64,000 nt of DNA from Rhodothermales bacterium (GTDB taxonomy: Bacteria > Bacteroidota > Rhodothermia > Rhodothermales > VXPQ01): the NCBI GenBank assembly GCA_951812335.1, contig OX638293.1, forward strand, positions 1,358,529-1,422,528, read 5' to 3'. This document shows, piece by piece, positions 30,435-39,578 of this stretch. How positions within the stretch are numbered: the stretch's first letter is position 1; every line of letters begins with the position of its first letter. Both the position numbers and the translations under genes were made by a program. Below the pieces are notes generated by a model, which was not told the origin of the DNA, searched no databases, and worked only from the letters and a program-made list of their open reading frames with translations.

Positions 30435-32289
30435 GGTTTCGATATTTTTCGGCGATCCGGTCAAGTTCTTCGTTTCCGATTCGTGCGCAGTAGTTGCCGA
30501 ATTGCTCTCCGGCCTGCTTTTCTTTTAGAAACGCATACAAAACAGGGCGGAGTACGGGGACAATCTCGTCGAGCGGCACAAGGTCTTTGAAAAGTTTGTT
30601 CAGGCGTGTACCGTCGGATCGCCCTCCGAGGAACAGTGCGTATCGATCGCGAGATCGCCCCACAAGTCCGATATCGGCTACGTAAGGGCGGGCGCACCCG
30701 TTGGGGCAACCGGTCATGCGGATCGACAGGAGTTCGTCCTGCAAGCCCAGCTTTTCCAGTTCTTTCTCGACGAGGTCGATCACCCTGGGCAGGACCCGCT
30801 CGGACTCGCTCAGCGCAAGACCGCAGGTCGGCAGCGCCGGACAGGCCATGGAATATTTCCGGGCATTCGACAGTTTGGCAGGGCGGACAATACCGTACTT
30901 GTCGAGCAGATCGTTCAATTCCGTGCGTACGGCTCCGTCCAGGTCGGTGAGCAGGATGTCATGATTGGGGGTGAGTCGTACTCCGGGTCGAAACCGCTCG
31001 ACAATCGCTTTCAATCCTGATTTGAGCCGGATCCTGTCCGTATCCATGATGCGCCCGTTTTCTACGGAAAGGCCGAAAAACCAGCGTCCGTTCAGTTGTT
31101 TTCGCCAGCCAAGGTACAGATTGTTCTCCAGCGGTCCGGTGTTCCGCGGCGGTTCGAGAGAATAGCCAAGCCGCCTTTCCAATTCGCGAACGAACCGGTC
31201 GAGTCCCCAATCGTCGATCAGATATTTCATGCGGGCATGACGTCGGTTCGTTCGATCTCCATGATCTCGCTGTATCGTAACGATGGCGCTTGCGACCTCG
31301 ATCAGTTTCGAGGTGGGCACGAAACCGACCGGGCTTCCCAGACGAGGGTACGTTTGCGGCTTCTTGTGGGTCATACCCAGTCCGCCCCCGGCGAGCAGGT
31401 TAAATCCGGCGAGCGTTTCGTTTTCGACGATGGCGATAAGACCCACATCCTGCGTATAAACATCGATGCTATTGTCGCCGGGATAGGCTGCGCCTATTTT
31501 AAATTTTCGCGGCAGATACGCTTGGCCGTACAGCGGCTCTTCGTTTGTTATTTCCCGGCGATCGTTCACGGGGCGTTCCCGGATCGTTTCGGAGAGGCTG
31601 TTATACACTTTATCGCCTTCGAGCCACACTTCGTGATAGGCGCGCGTCCGGGGTAGCAAAGCTTCCGCCAAGCGATTTACTTCGAGTTCGATCGCTTCGT
31701 GCACGGGATGGGTGGCCGGGGCGGGCGACAACATCGTATTTCGCACTACATCGCCGCATGCGGCGAGGGTTGTCAGCAGGATATCGTTGATCGCGCGCAG
31801 CGTACCCTTCAGATTTGTCTTGATTACGCCGTGCAACTGAATTCCCTGGCGGGTTGTGATGCGAAGCGTTCCGTTGCCATAGCGATCGGCAAGCATATCG
31901 TGCACCAGATACTGGTCTGCCGTGAGGCGCCCGGAAGGGATTCGCGAACGCACCATGAACATATATTGCTTGCCCCCCTTTTTATTGTCCCGATCTCGTT
32001 GCTGGTAGATTCCGTGGAATTTCAGGAGCTGTTTTCCCGTTTCGTCGAAGTGTTCGGCGGAATCGCGGAGGTTTTCCAGCAGGTTTCCGCGCAGGTTCCG
32101 TCCGGCGGTTTTTATATGCTCCAACCCCAACGACCGCGGCGCCCTGACCTGATCCCCTGAATCCGGACCGCCTTTTCTCTTGTCGGGCAACAGGGAGGAC
32201 TTTTTCTGCCCGCCTCCTTGCGCGTCGGTTTGTTGCGGGATCGGGGTCGGAAGGACAGGTTTTCCTGTTTTTATTTTTTTGGAAGACAT
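30418..32289 (-). CDS. cysI: Assimilatory sulfite reductase hemoprotein (siroheme, 4Fe-4S)
   Basis: LKFHGIYQQ, TTRQGIQLHG, ACGDVVRN, YLPRKFK, ACPALPTCGLA, MTGCPNGCARPY. Confidence 0.9.
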   Translation of the reverse strand: MSSKKIKTGKPVLPTPIPQQTDAQGGGQKKSSLLPDKRKGGPDSGDQVRAPRSLGLEHIKTAGRNLRGNLLENLRDSAEHFDETGKQLLKFHGIYQQRDRDNKKGGKQYMFMVRSRIPSGRLTADQYLVHDMLADRYGNGTLRITTRQGIQLHGVIKTNLKGTLRAINDILLTTLAACGDVVRNTMLSPAPATHPVHEAIELEVNRLAEALLPRTRAYHEVWLEGDKVYNSLSETIRERPVNDRREITNEEPLYGQAYLPRKFKIGAAYPGDNSIDVYTQDVGLIAIVENETLAGFNLLAGGGLGMTHKKPQTYPRLGSPVGFVPTSKLIEVASAIVTIQRDHGDRTNRRHARMKYLIDDWGLDRFVRELERRLGYSLEPPRNTGPLENNLYLGWRKQLNGRWFFGLSVENGRIMDTDRIRLKSGLKAIVERFRPGVRLTPNHDILLTDLDGAVRTELNDLLDKYGIVRPAKLSNARKYSMACPALPTCGLALSESERVLPRVIDLVEKELEKLGLQDELLSIRMTGCPNGCARPYVADIGLVGRSRDRYALFLGGRSDGTRLNKLFKDLVPLDEIVPVLRPVLYAFLKEKQAGEQFGNYCARIGNEELDRIAEKYRNHAQPT

Positions 32290-32347
32290 ATATCAAGGGG
32301 TGTGGGTATAAACACTCGAAGCGTGCGAGAAGCCGAAAAACGGTCAC

Positions 32348-32382
32348 AAAAAAACCCGCTTACCTTTGAGGGGAAGCGGGTT
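32348..32382 (-). terminator. Intrinsic terminator in the leader of the cys operon
   Basis: Minus strand AACCCGCTT-CCCCTCAAAGGT-AAGCGGGTT with U7 tract, about 60 nt upstream of the cysI start. Confidence 0.8.
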
Positions 32383-32444
32383 GGTATCTTGGGCGACCGT
32401 CAAGTGCGCGCATCGACTGCGCATTCTCAGGTAGTACAGGATCG

Positions 32445-32528
32445 TCAGGTTTGTCCTGATCCCTCCAGAGGTTTCGTAGTGCGGGTCATGCCCTGCATAC
32501 ACATACATAAAGATATACGCATTAGCAT
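32445..32528 (-). CDS. Putative Met/Cys-rich leader peptide MLMRISLCMCMQGMTRTTKPLEGSGQT
   Basis: 5 Met + 2 Cys in the first 14 codons; lies directly upstream of terminator and sulfur assimilation operon. Confidence 0.55.
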   Translation of the reverse strand: MLMRISLCMCMQGMTRTTKPLEGSGQT

Positions 32529-32905
32529 ATTCACCGGCAGGCGATCCTTGTACGCACAGGGCGCAAAGGAGGTAGAAGGATCCGCCGTATGAATGAAACC
32601 ATGCATGGGCACGGGAACGCGTATGGTTTTGGTTGTACTGCGCCGGGCTCGGGAATTCAAGTCGTTGAATAAGCGCCCTTGCACAAGTAAGGCGCAATTA
32701 TACTGCACGGAATGTTGTAAGGCAAATTTTTTTTATACAGGAAGCGCTTTCATTCCTGTTGTAATAGATTAAAGCGAAAAAAATTTTTGTTTTCACGAAA
32801 ATTGCAAAAAAGGATGCGCCCTCCGGGGCCATCCGGTTCGGATGCGGACCCCCTCGGACCGCATTATGAGCGCCGTCTTTAGCCACTCCATCGCTCATAA
32901 ACGGC

Positions 32906-32941
32906 AAGGGTCCCCGCCGCCGTACGGCAACGGGAACCCTT
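32906..32941 (-). terminator. 16-bp stem-loop downstream of the giant adhesin gene
   Basis: AAGGGUUCCCGUUGCC-GUAC-GGCGGCGGGGACCCUU pairs fully only on the minus strand (three G-U pairs); U-tract weak. Confidence 0.6.
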
Positions 32942-32981
32942 TGTTGAGCATAAGCCGAGAGACAACTTCGGCTGCCGTTTT

Positions 32982-35900
32982 TTACTTGACAAGAACCATC
33001 GTGCGCACGATCGTCTTCTCGCCCGCCGCCAGGCGATACACGTAGACGCCGTTCGGCAAGTCGTTCGCACCGAAACGCACCGTGTGACGACCTGCCGTCT
33101 TCGGACCGTCGACGAGCACCTCCACCTCGCGCCCCAGCATGTCGTATACGATCAGGCTCACGTCGCCCGCCTGCGGCAAAGCGTAGTCTATGGTCGTCTG
33201 CGGGTTGAACGGGTTCGGGTAGTTCCGAGAGAGTTCAACCTCCGTCGGCAGTTCCTCGTCTTCCGTGCCGGTAACCGAAATCACGTCGACCGTAAAGGTC
33301 TGCGAAACCTCCTCCTTCTCGCGATCAGTCGCCGTAAGCGTGACCTGGGCCGAGTTGTGCCCGAGCGGCAAGATCGTCAGCGTGGCCTCGGATGGATCCA
33401 GCGTCAACTCCATGGCCGAGGTGATCACATAGGTCGCGGTGCTCGACGGCGATATGTGATCGGCCGACACATCCATCTCGTAGAGCAACCCTCCGGGAAG
33501 CGCGTCGCCCGCTCTCGCATTCGGATCCAGGAAAGCGGGATCGGCCTCTTTTCCGCCCGACAGATTCCGCAAATCCAGAACCGTCGCAGGATCGCCCGTA
33601 TTCAGCGTAATATCCTCGATGACGGTCCGCACGACCGGGAACGTGGCGCCGTGGACCGTCACGTCGAAGCTTTGCGAGATGGCTTCTTCGCTGGCGTTCG
33701 TGGCCACCACCGTAACGTCGGTAGATGCCTCGTCCGTACGCCACACGGGCGTAAGCGTTATGACGGAGCCCTGCACGGCTACCTCCACCACGGTGCTGTC
33801 CGCACTGCTCGCCGTATACGTGAGGCCGCTCATCGCAGGATCTCCAAACGCAGCCGGCTCGCCGTCTTCGTCGCCGTTCAAATCCGCCAGATCCACCGTT
33901 GCGGCGTCGCCGTCGGCATCCAGTTCCTGGTCAGGAATAGCCTGCGCTACGGCCGGCGTAGTCTCGCTCACGATCGTCACCGTGAAGGAATCCGATATGG
34001 ATTGGGCGTCCGGATACCCCGCTTTGGCGATCTCGTCCGGTTCGCCGTCCTTCGTACAGTCAGAGGTTGCCGTTACAGGATTGTCGTTTGTCGCATACCC
34101 GGCAGGACAGACGTACGTCGGCTCTCCCTTGTCCGTGGCGGTCACCGTAAAGGTGCTCGTGCCCGATCCACGCGGAAGGATAGTGAGGGTCTCCGCAGCC
34201 AGATCGACCGCCGCCCTCATGGACGACGTAACCCACGTAAAGCGGTCGCCGTCGCCCACTTTTATGGCCGTATCGTCATCGATGTCGATCGTCAACTCCA
34301 GCGAACGCCCGCCCAGGTCGTCATCCGCGAATCCGTCGCCCAGATCGCCGATCGTGGTGTCCGTATCGTCGTCTTCCCGCAATGTCCAATCCGCAAGCGG
34401 CGCTACGACATACGGTCCGGTTGTCCCGGACACGGCCACAACAACTTGCAACCGGGCATATTCGCCGGCGCCGTCCGTCGCAGTCACCCAAACGTTGGTC
34501 GATTCGCCACCTTGCGCCTGGTCCGTAAGTGCGATCGTCAGCTTGGAACCCGATACCGTCGCCGTTACGATATCGACCGCATCGTCGCCTGCGCCCACTT
34601 TATCGGCGCTGGCTTCGTAGGTCAGGGAGACATGGTTCGGATCGTAGAAGTAATCGCGAAGCTCCAGTGTCTTCGACATTTTCTCTACCTCTCTTGTCGT
34701 CAGCATTACCGGATCCGTATAGCTCTGGACTTGATCATTGTACTCTTCTCCCACGGCAATATCCTCTCCTATCAGCACGGGCGCATCGGCGGACATCACT
34801 TCCACAAGCATGAGCTTCTCGTCGTCCTCTGCGCTCGCATCCGGATCCACAGCGAGTTCGAATGCGCCTACCGAAATCGGATCCAAGGTGAGCTCATTGC
34901 CGGTAAGGACGACGTTGGCGTACGAATCGACCGTAAACGAATGGCCGGGATTGTTCACCGGGTCGTCGTCCCCCACGCGGTAGTGACGTATACTCCAGTC
35001 TGCCCCCAAATCGTAAGGATACTCTTTATCCAGGTCAATGGTAACGGGCCCTCCGCCCACGCGGAGAATCCTGGATCGAACCGCCGGCACGGCGACAATG
35101 CAGATGTTATCGCTGTCGCCTGAGAATTCCACGAGATCGCCAAGCCATTCCTGGAATGCGGTATCTCCCGGCACGCACAGCCCGTTGTCGACATCCAAGT
35201 GCGTGAGATTGCTCAAGTTGCTAAGCGCCGCCGGGATCGATCCCGTCAGGTCGTTGTTGTGGAGCCACAGTCTCTGGAGGTTGGTCAAGTAGCCCAACTC
35301 CGCCGGGATCGAGCCCGTCAGGGAGTTATCCTCGAGACGCAGTCTCTCGAGGTTGGTCAGTTTGCCCAACTCCGCCGGGATCGGCCCCGTCAGGTCGTTG
35401 CTGTGGAGATCCAGGTGCGTGAGGTTGGTCAAGTCGCCCAACGCCGCCGGGATCGAACCCGTCAGGGAGTTATCCTCGATACGCAGTCTCTCGAGGTTGG
35501 TCAGTTTGCCCAACTCCGCCGGGATCGAACCCGACAGGGAGTTGAGCCTGAGAATCAGATATTTTAGGCTGGTCAAGTCGCCCAGATCCGCCGGGATCGA
35601 ACCCGACAGGGAGTTTTCGTGGAGATACAGTTCTTCAAGGTTGGTCAAGTCGCCCAGATCCGCTGGGATCGAACCCGTCAGTCTGTTGTCTTGGAGATCC
35701 AGTATCTCGAGATTGGTCAAGTCGCCCAGCATCGCCGGGATCGCCCCCTCCAGGGAGTTTTCATGGAGGCTCAGAGAATCCACCCGTCCGGCGTCGTCGG
35801 TGGAGACGCCGAACCACGTATCGAGGGCGGCGTTAGTGCCCCAGTTGTCACTTCTTTCCCAATCGCCCCCGTTGGTCGAATCGTAGAGCGCAAGCAGCAC

Positions 35901-38900
35901 CGCTTTGTCCTTCGACACCGTCACCAGCACTATGTCCGCCTCGGAGTCGTTCACCCCGTCGTTCACTGTCAGCGTGAACGTCAGCACCGAGTCCTTCAAA
36001 AGCCCCGTCGGCGCCTCGAACGTCGGCATCGCCACCGTATTACCCGGAATGAGCGTGATACCCTCCGGAAAATCCCAGTCGAAGGCCACCAACGCATCGC
36101 TCAGGTTGTTCATGCTGTTACTCCCGTCCAGCGTCACCGTCGCCCCCTCCGCCACCGTCTGGTCGGGGCCTGCGTCGGCCCCAGGAGCCGGCTTGACTGT
36201 CACCAGCACCGTGTCCGCCGCGGATTCGTTCACCCCGTCGCTCACCGTCAGCCAGACCGTCACCACCGAGTCCTCCTGAAGCCCCGTCGGTGCCGTGAAC
36301 GTCGTCGTCGTCGTCGTCGTGGAATCCAACAGCGTACTCCGGGAGTCCCAGGTGTATTCAAGCGGATCGCTATTCAGGTTGTTTGTGCTGGCACCCCCGT
36401 CCAGCGTCACCGTCGCCCCCTCCGCCACCGCCGTCTGGTCTGGGCCTGCGTCGGCCACAGGAGCCGGCTTGACCGTCACCAGCACTATGTCCTCCTCGGA
36501 GGCGTTCACCCCGTCGTTCACTGTCAGCGTGAACGTCAGCTCCAAGTCCTCTTCAAGCCCCGTCGGCGCCGTGAACGTCGTCGTCATCGTCGTCGTGGAA
36601 TCCAGCGAGATATTATTATCCGAGGACTCCCAGGTGTATTCAAGCGGATCGCTATTCAGGTTGTTCGTGCTTCCACTCCCGTCCAGCGTCACCGTCGCCC
36701 CCTCCGCCACCGCCGTCTGGTCTGGGCCTGCGTCGGCCACAGGAGCCGGCTTGACCGTTACCACCACTATGTCCTCCTCGGAGTCTTGCCGCCCGTCGTT
36801 CACCGTCAGACTGAACACCAGCGTCATCAAGTCCTCTTCAAACTCATCCGGCGCCGTGAACGTCGGATTCTGCGCCGCGGCGTTCGACAGCGTGATACCG
36901 TCGCGGGAGATCCAGGCGTAGGTCAACGCATCCTCGGGGACGCTGTTGTCGTAGCTTTGACTCCCGTTCAGCGTCACCGTCGATCCCTCCGCCACCGTCG
37001 TGTCGACGCCTGCGTTGGCCACAGGAGCCACATTGACCGTCACCACCGCCGAGTCCGCCGCGGAGTTTTGCAGCCCGTCGTTCACCGTCAGCCAGAACGT
37101 CAGCACCGAGTCCGACATAGTAAACCCAGCCGGCGCGTCGAACGTCGGCTCCGCCGCCGTAGTACTCGACAGCGTGATACCCGTCGGAGCCGTCCATGCG
37201 TAGGTCACCGTCGCATTGGCAGCCGTGTTGGCCGTACGCTTACTACCCAAACCCCTCAGCGTCACCGCCGTCGCCCCCTCCGCCACCGTCGTGTCGCGGC
37301 CTGCTTCGGCCAAAGGAGCCGCACTGACCGTCACCACCGCCGAGTCCGCCGCGGAGTTTTGCACCCCGTCGTTCACCGTCAGCCAGAACTTCAGCTCCAA
37401 GTCCTGTTCAAGCCCCGTCGGCGCCGTGAACGTCGGCTCCGCCGCCGTAGTACTCGACAGATCGATACCCTCCGGAGCCGTCCAGGTGTAGGTCGGGATG
37501 CTCAGCGGAGTAGTGCCATCACTTTCCGTACCCGAACCCCTCAGCGTCACCATAGTCGCCCCCTCCAGCACCGTCGTGTCGCGGCCTGCTTCGGCCACAG
37601 GAGCCGCATAGACCGTCACATTGACCGTGTCCTCCGCGGAGTCTTGCAGCTCGTCGTTCACCGTCAGCCGGAACACCATCACCGAGTCCTCTTGAAGCCC
37701 CGCCGGCGCCATGAACGTCGGCTGCACCTGCGAGGTACTTGACAACAACAACAGCGCGCTAGCATCGTCGGAGTTCCAGGTGTAGGTCAACGCATCCTCG
37801 GGGACGCTGTTGTCGTAGCTTTGACTCCCGTTCAGCGTCACCGCTGCCCCCTCCACAACGGTCTGGTCGTTGCCTGCGTTGGCCACCGGAGCCACATTGA
37901 CCGTCACCACCGCCGAGTCCGCCGCGGAGTCTTGCAGCCCGTCGTTCACCGTCAGCCAGAACGTCAGCACCGAGTCCGACATAGTAAACCCAGCCGGCGC
38001 GTCGAACGTCGGCTCCGCCGCCGTAGTACTCGACAGCGTGATACCCGTCGGAGCCGTCCATGCGTAGGTCACCACCGTCGCATTGGCAGCCGTGTTGGCC
38101 GTACGCTTACTACCCAAACCCCTCAGCGTCACCGCCGTCGCCCCCTCCGCCACCGTCGTGTCGCGGCCTGCTTCGGCCAAAGGAGCCGCACTGACCGTCA
38201 CCACCGCCGAGTCCGCCGCGGAGTTTTGCACCCCGTCGTTCACCGTCAGCCAGAACTTCAGCTCCAAGTCCTGTTCAAGCCCCGTCGGCGCGTCGAACGT
38301 CGGCTCCGCCGCCGTAGTACTCGACAGATCAATACCCTCCGGAGCCGTCCAGGTGTAGGTCGGGCTGCTCAGCGCAGTAATGCCATCACTTTCCGTACCC
38401 GAACCCCTCAGCGTCACCATAGTCGCCCCCTCCAGCACCGTCGTGTCGCGGCCTGCTTCGGCCACAGGAGCCGCCAAGACCGTTACATTCACCGTGTCCG
38501 GCGAGGAATCCGTGCTCGCCGTGTTTTGCACAGTCAGCTTGAACTGGAGCACCGAGTCCTCTGCGAGCCCAACCGGCGCTATGAAATACGGACTACTCAC
38601 CGTGGAATCCGTCGCCATACCCGTGCTCGGATTCAACAGCGTGCCACTGTCGAGGGCGACCCAGTAGTATTCCAACGCACCGGTCAGGTCGCTCGTGCTT
38701 CCACTCCCGTCCAGGTCCACACGAACCCCCTCGTTCACCGTCTGGTCGTTGCCTGCGTTGGCCTCAAGCGTCTGGGCTTGCGCCGATGTCGTGAAGCCGA
38801 GCAATAAGGCGGCGGCGATCAGTGCGCCAATGCCTTGTCGCGCAGAGCGGATTCTCATTGAAGAACCGTTCCCTTCTGCGTCCGTTGCGGATGCGACCAG

Positions 38901-39044
38901 CGAAGCGACCGCCACCGGTCGAAGGAGAAGGGCGAACGTGCGGCGCAAGCGGTGGCCTACGATGCGACGGTCGATATGGAGCACGTCGAAAGACGCATCG
39001 TTATGATTTGCAAAACGGGTTGCTCGATGCTTATTTATAGTCAT
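32982..39044 (-). CDS. Giant T9SS-secreted protein: about 10 PKD/REJ-like Ig repeats, 24-aa LRR block, cadherin-like acidic domains, T9SS CTD
   Basis: APVA(N/D/E)AGxDxTVxEG repeats; IPAELGxLTNLxxLxLxxNxLTG repeats; NYPNPFNPQTTIDY...YVYRL CTD; alternative start 38858. Confidence 0.9.
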   Translation of the reverse strand: MTINKHRATRFANHNDASFDVLHIDRRIVGHRLRRTFALLLRPVAVASLVASATDAEGNGSSMRIRSARQGIGALIAAALLLGFTTSAQAQTLEANAGNDQTVNEGVRVDLDGSGSTSDLTGALEYYWVALDSGTLLNPSTGMATDSTVSSPYFIAPVGLAEDSVLQFKLTVQNTASTDSSPDTVNVTVLAAPVAEAGRDTTVLEGATMVTLRGSGTESDGITALSSPTYTWTAPEGIDLSSTTAAEPTFDAPTGLEQDLELKFWLTVNDGVQNSAADSAVVTVSAAPLAEAGRDTTVAEGATAVTLRGLGSKRTANTAANATVVTYAWTAPTGITLSSTTAAEPTFDAPAGFTMSDSVLTFWLTVNDGLQDSAADSAVVTVNVAPVANAGNDQTVVEGAAVTLNGSQSYDNSVPEDALTYTWNSDDASALLLLSSTSQVQPTFMAPAGLQEDSVMVFRLTVNDELQDSAEDTVNVTVYAAPVAEAGRDTTVLEGATMVTLRGSGTESDGTTPLSIPTYTWTAPEGIDLSSTTAAEPTFTAPTGLEQDLELKFWLTVNDGVQNSAADSAVVTVSAAPLAEAGRDTTVAEGATAVTLRGLGSKRTANTAANATVTYAWTAPTGITLSSTTAAEPTFDAPAGFTMSDSVLTFWLTVNDGLQNSAADSAVVTVNVAPVANAGVDTTVAEGSTVTLNGSQSYDNSVPEDALTYAWISRDGITLSNAAAQNPTFTAPDEFEEDLMTLVFSLTVNDGRQDSEEDIVVVTVKPAPVADAGPDQTAVAEGATVTLDGSGSTNNLNSDPLEYTWESSDNNISLDSTTTMTTTFTAPTGLEEDLELTFTLTVNDGVNASEEDIVLVTVKPAPVADAGPDQTAVAEGATVTLDGGASTNNLNSDPLEYTWDSRSTLLDSTTTTTTTFTAPTGLQEDSVVTVWLTVSDGVNESAADTVLVTVKPAPGADAGPDQTVAEGATVTLDGSNSMNNLSDALVAFDWDFPEGITLIPGNTVAMPTFEAPTGLLKDSVLTFTLTVNDGVNDSEADIVLVTVSKDKAVLLALYDSTNGGDWERSDNWGTNAALDTWFGVSTDDAGRVDSLSLHENSLEGAIPAMLGDLTNLEILDLQDNRLTGSIPADLGDLTNLEELYLHENSLSGSIPADLGDLTSLKYLILRLNSLSGSIPAELGKLTNLERLRIEDNSLTGSIPAALGDLTNLTHLDLHSNDLTGPIPAELGKLTNLERLRLEDNSLTGSIPAELGYLTNLQRLWLHNNDLTGSIPAALSNLSNLTHLDVDNGLCVPGDTAFQEWLGDLVEFSGDSDNICIVAVPAVRSRILRVGGGPVTIDLDKEYPYDLGADWSIRHYRVGDDDPVNNPGHSFTVDSYANVVLTGNELTLDPISVGAFELAVDPDASAEDDEKLMLVEVMSADAPVLIGEDIAVGEEYNDQVQSYTDPVMLTTREVEKMSKTLELRDYFYDPNHVSLTYEASADKVGAGDDAVDIVTATVSGSKLTIALTDQAQGGESTNVWVTATDGAGEYARLQVVVAVSGTTGPYVVAPLADWTLREDDDTDTTIGDLGDGFADDDLGGRSLELTIDIDDDTAIKVGDGDRFTWVTSSMRAAVDLAAETLTILPRGSGTSTFTVTATDKGEPTYVCPAGYATNDNPVTATSDCTKDGEPDEIAKAGYPDAQSISDSFTVTIVSETTPAVAQAIPDQELDADGDAATVDLADLNGDEDGEPAAFGDPAMSGLTYTASSADSTVVEVAVQGSVITLTPVWRTDEASTDVTVVATNASEEAISQSFDVTVHGATFPVVRTVIEDITLNTGDPATVLDLRNLSGGKEADPAFLDPNARAGDALPGGLLYEMDVSADHISPSSTATYVITSAMELTLDPSEATLTILPLGHNSAQVTLTATDREKEEVSQTFTVDVISVTGTEDEELPTEVELSRNYPNPFNPQTTIDYALPQAGDVSLIVYDMLGREVEVLVDGPKTAGRHTVRFGANDLPNGVYVYRLAAGEKTIVRTMVLVK
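35190..35780 (-). repeat. 72-bp tandem repeats encoding LRRs
   Basis: Recurring ggttggtcaagtcgccca..ccgccgggatcga units at 72-bp spacing. Confidence 0.85.
36917..38473 (-). repeat. Near-identical intragenic duplication (two ~690-bp blocks offset by 864-867 bp)
   Basis: tcctcggggacgctgttgtcgtagc at 36931 and 37795; protein segments almost identical. Confidence 0.85.
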
Positions 39045-39161
39045 GGTTCGGGAGTGGGTACGTGTGTACCATCTTTTTAGAAGATGAAAGCCTGGAAACT
39101 CACAGCGCGCTTGCGCTCAGGCCGCTTTATAGTGACGGCTCTAGTTAAATTACGTTGCCGG

Positions 39162-39400
39162 ATGTCGGTTGTCAAGTTGCTGACGAAAATTTTCCATGTC
39201 GAGGTTGACGAGGCCTATGTGAGCGGTAGGAGAGCGAACAAGCGCGCATCGAAAACTCCATGTCGGAAGGGGTGTCGCAAGCGTCGCCAAGGCCTAAGAA
39301 ATCTGGATACGCCGGAGCGAATAGGCCGTGTGGCGGAAGCAATGGCAGGGAAATTCCCGCCATACAGAACGTTGGCGGCAGGCAACCGACAAGGCATCCG
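39162..39400 (+). pseudogene. IS1595-family (ISXO2-like) transposase remnant with internal deletions
   Basis: VEVDEAYVSGRRANK (first catalytic Asp motif) joined almost directly to C-terminal-like RNLDT...MAGK..PYRTL. Confidence 0.65.
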
Positions 39401-39578
39401 TCAATCTTTTCGGATAATTCCCTAAAAAAGATGCGTCGCTGCGTTCCATTTCTTACGTTTACCATGCCGGAGTGGGTCAGAGGCGGAGGCAGGAGCAGAG
39501 ATGGTCGTTTCGAAGTTCCGGCGCATTGGCCGCATTGCCTGAATCGCGGGCTTTACTAACGCACATTGTGAGGACATC

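Noticed and set aside
32385-32480. SAM-I riboswitch (GGAGGGA resemblance) upstream of cys operon
   Set aside because: Conserved GCAACC and GGUGC...UCC elements not found by eye; an Rfam scan is still advisable
35190-35780. Regular repeats resembling a CRISPR array
   Set aside because: 72-bp in-frame LRR coding repeats with no unique spacers and no cas genes
33084-38807. Long plus-strand ORFs (679, 707 and 328 aa) opposite the adhesin
   Set aside because: Arg/His-rich antisense shadows caused by GC-rich codon bias and repeats
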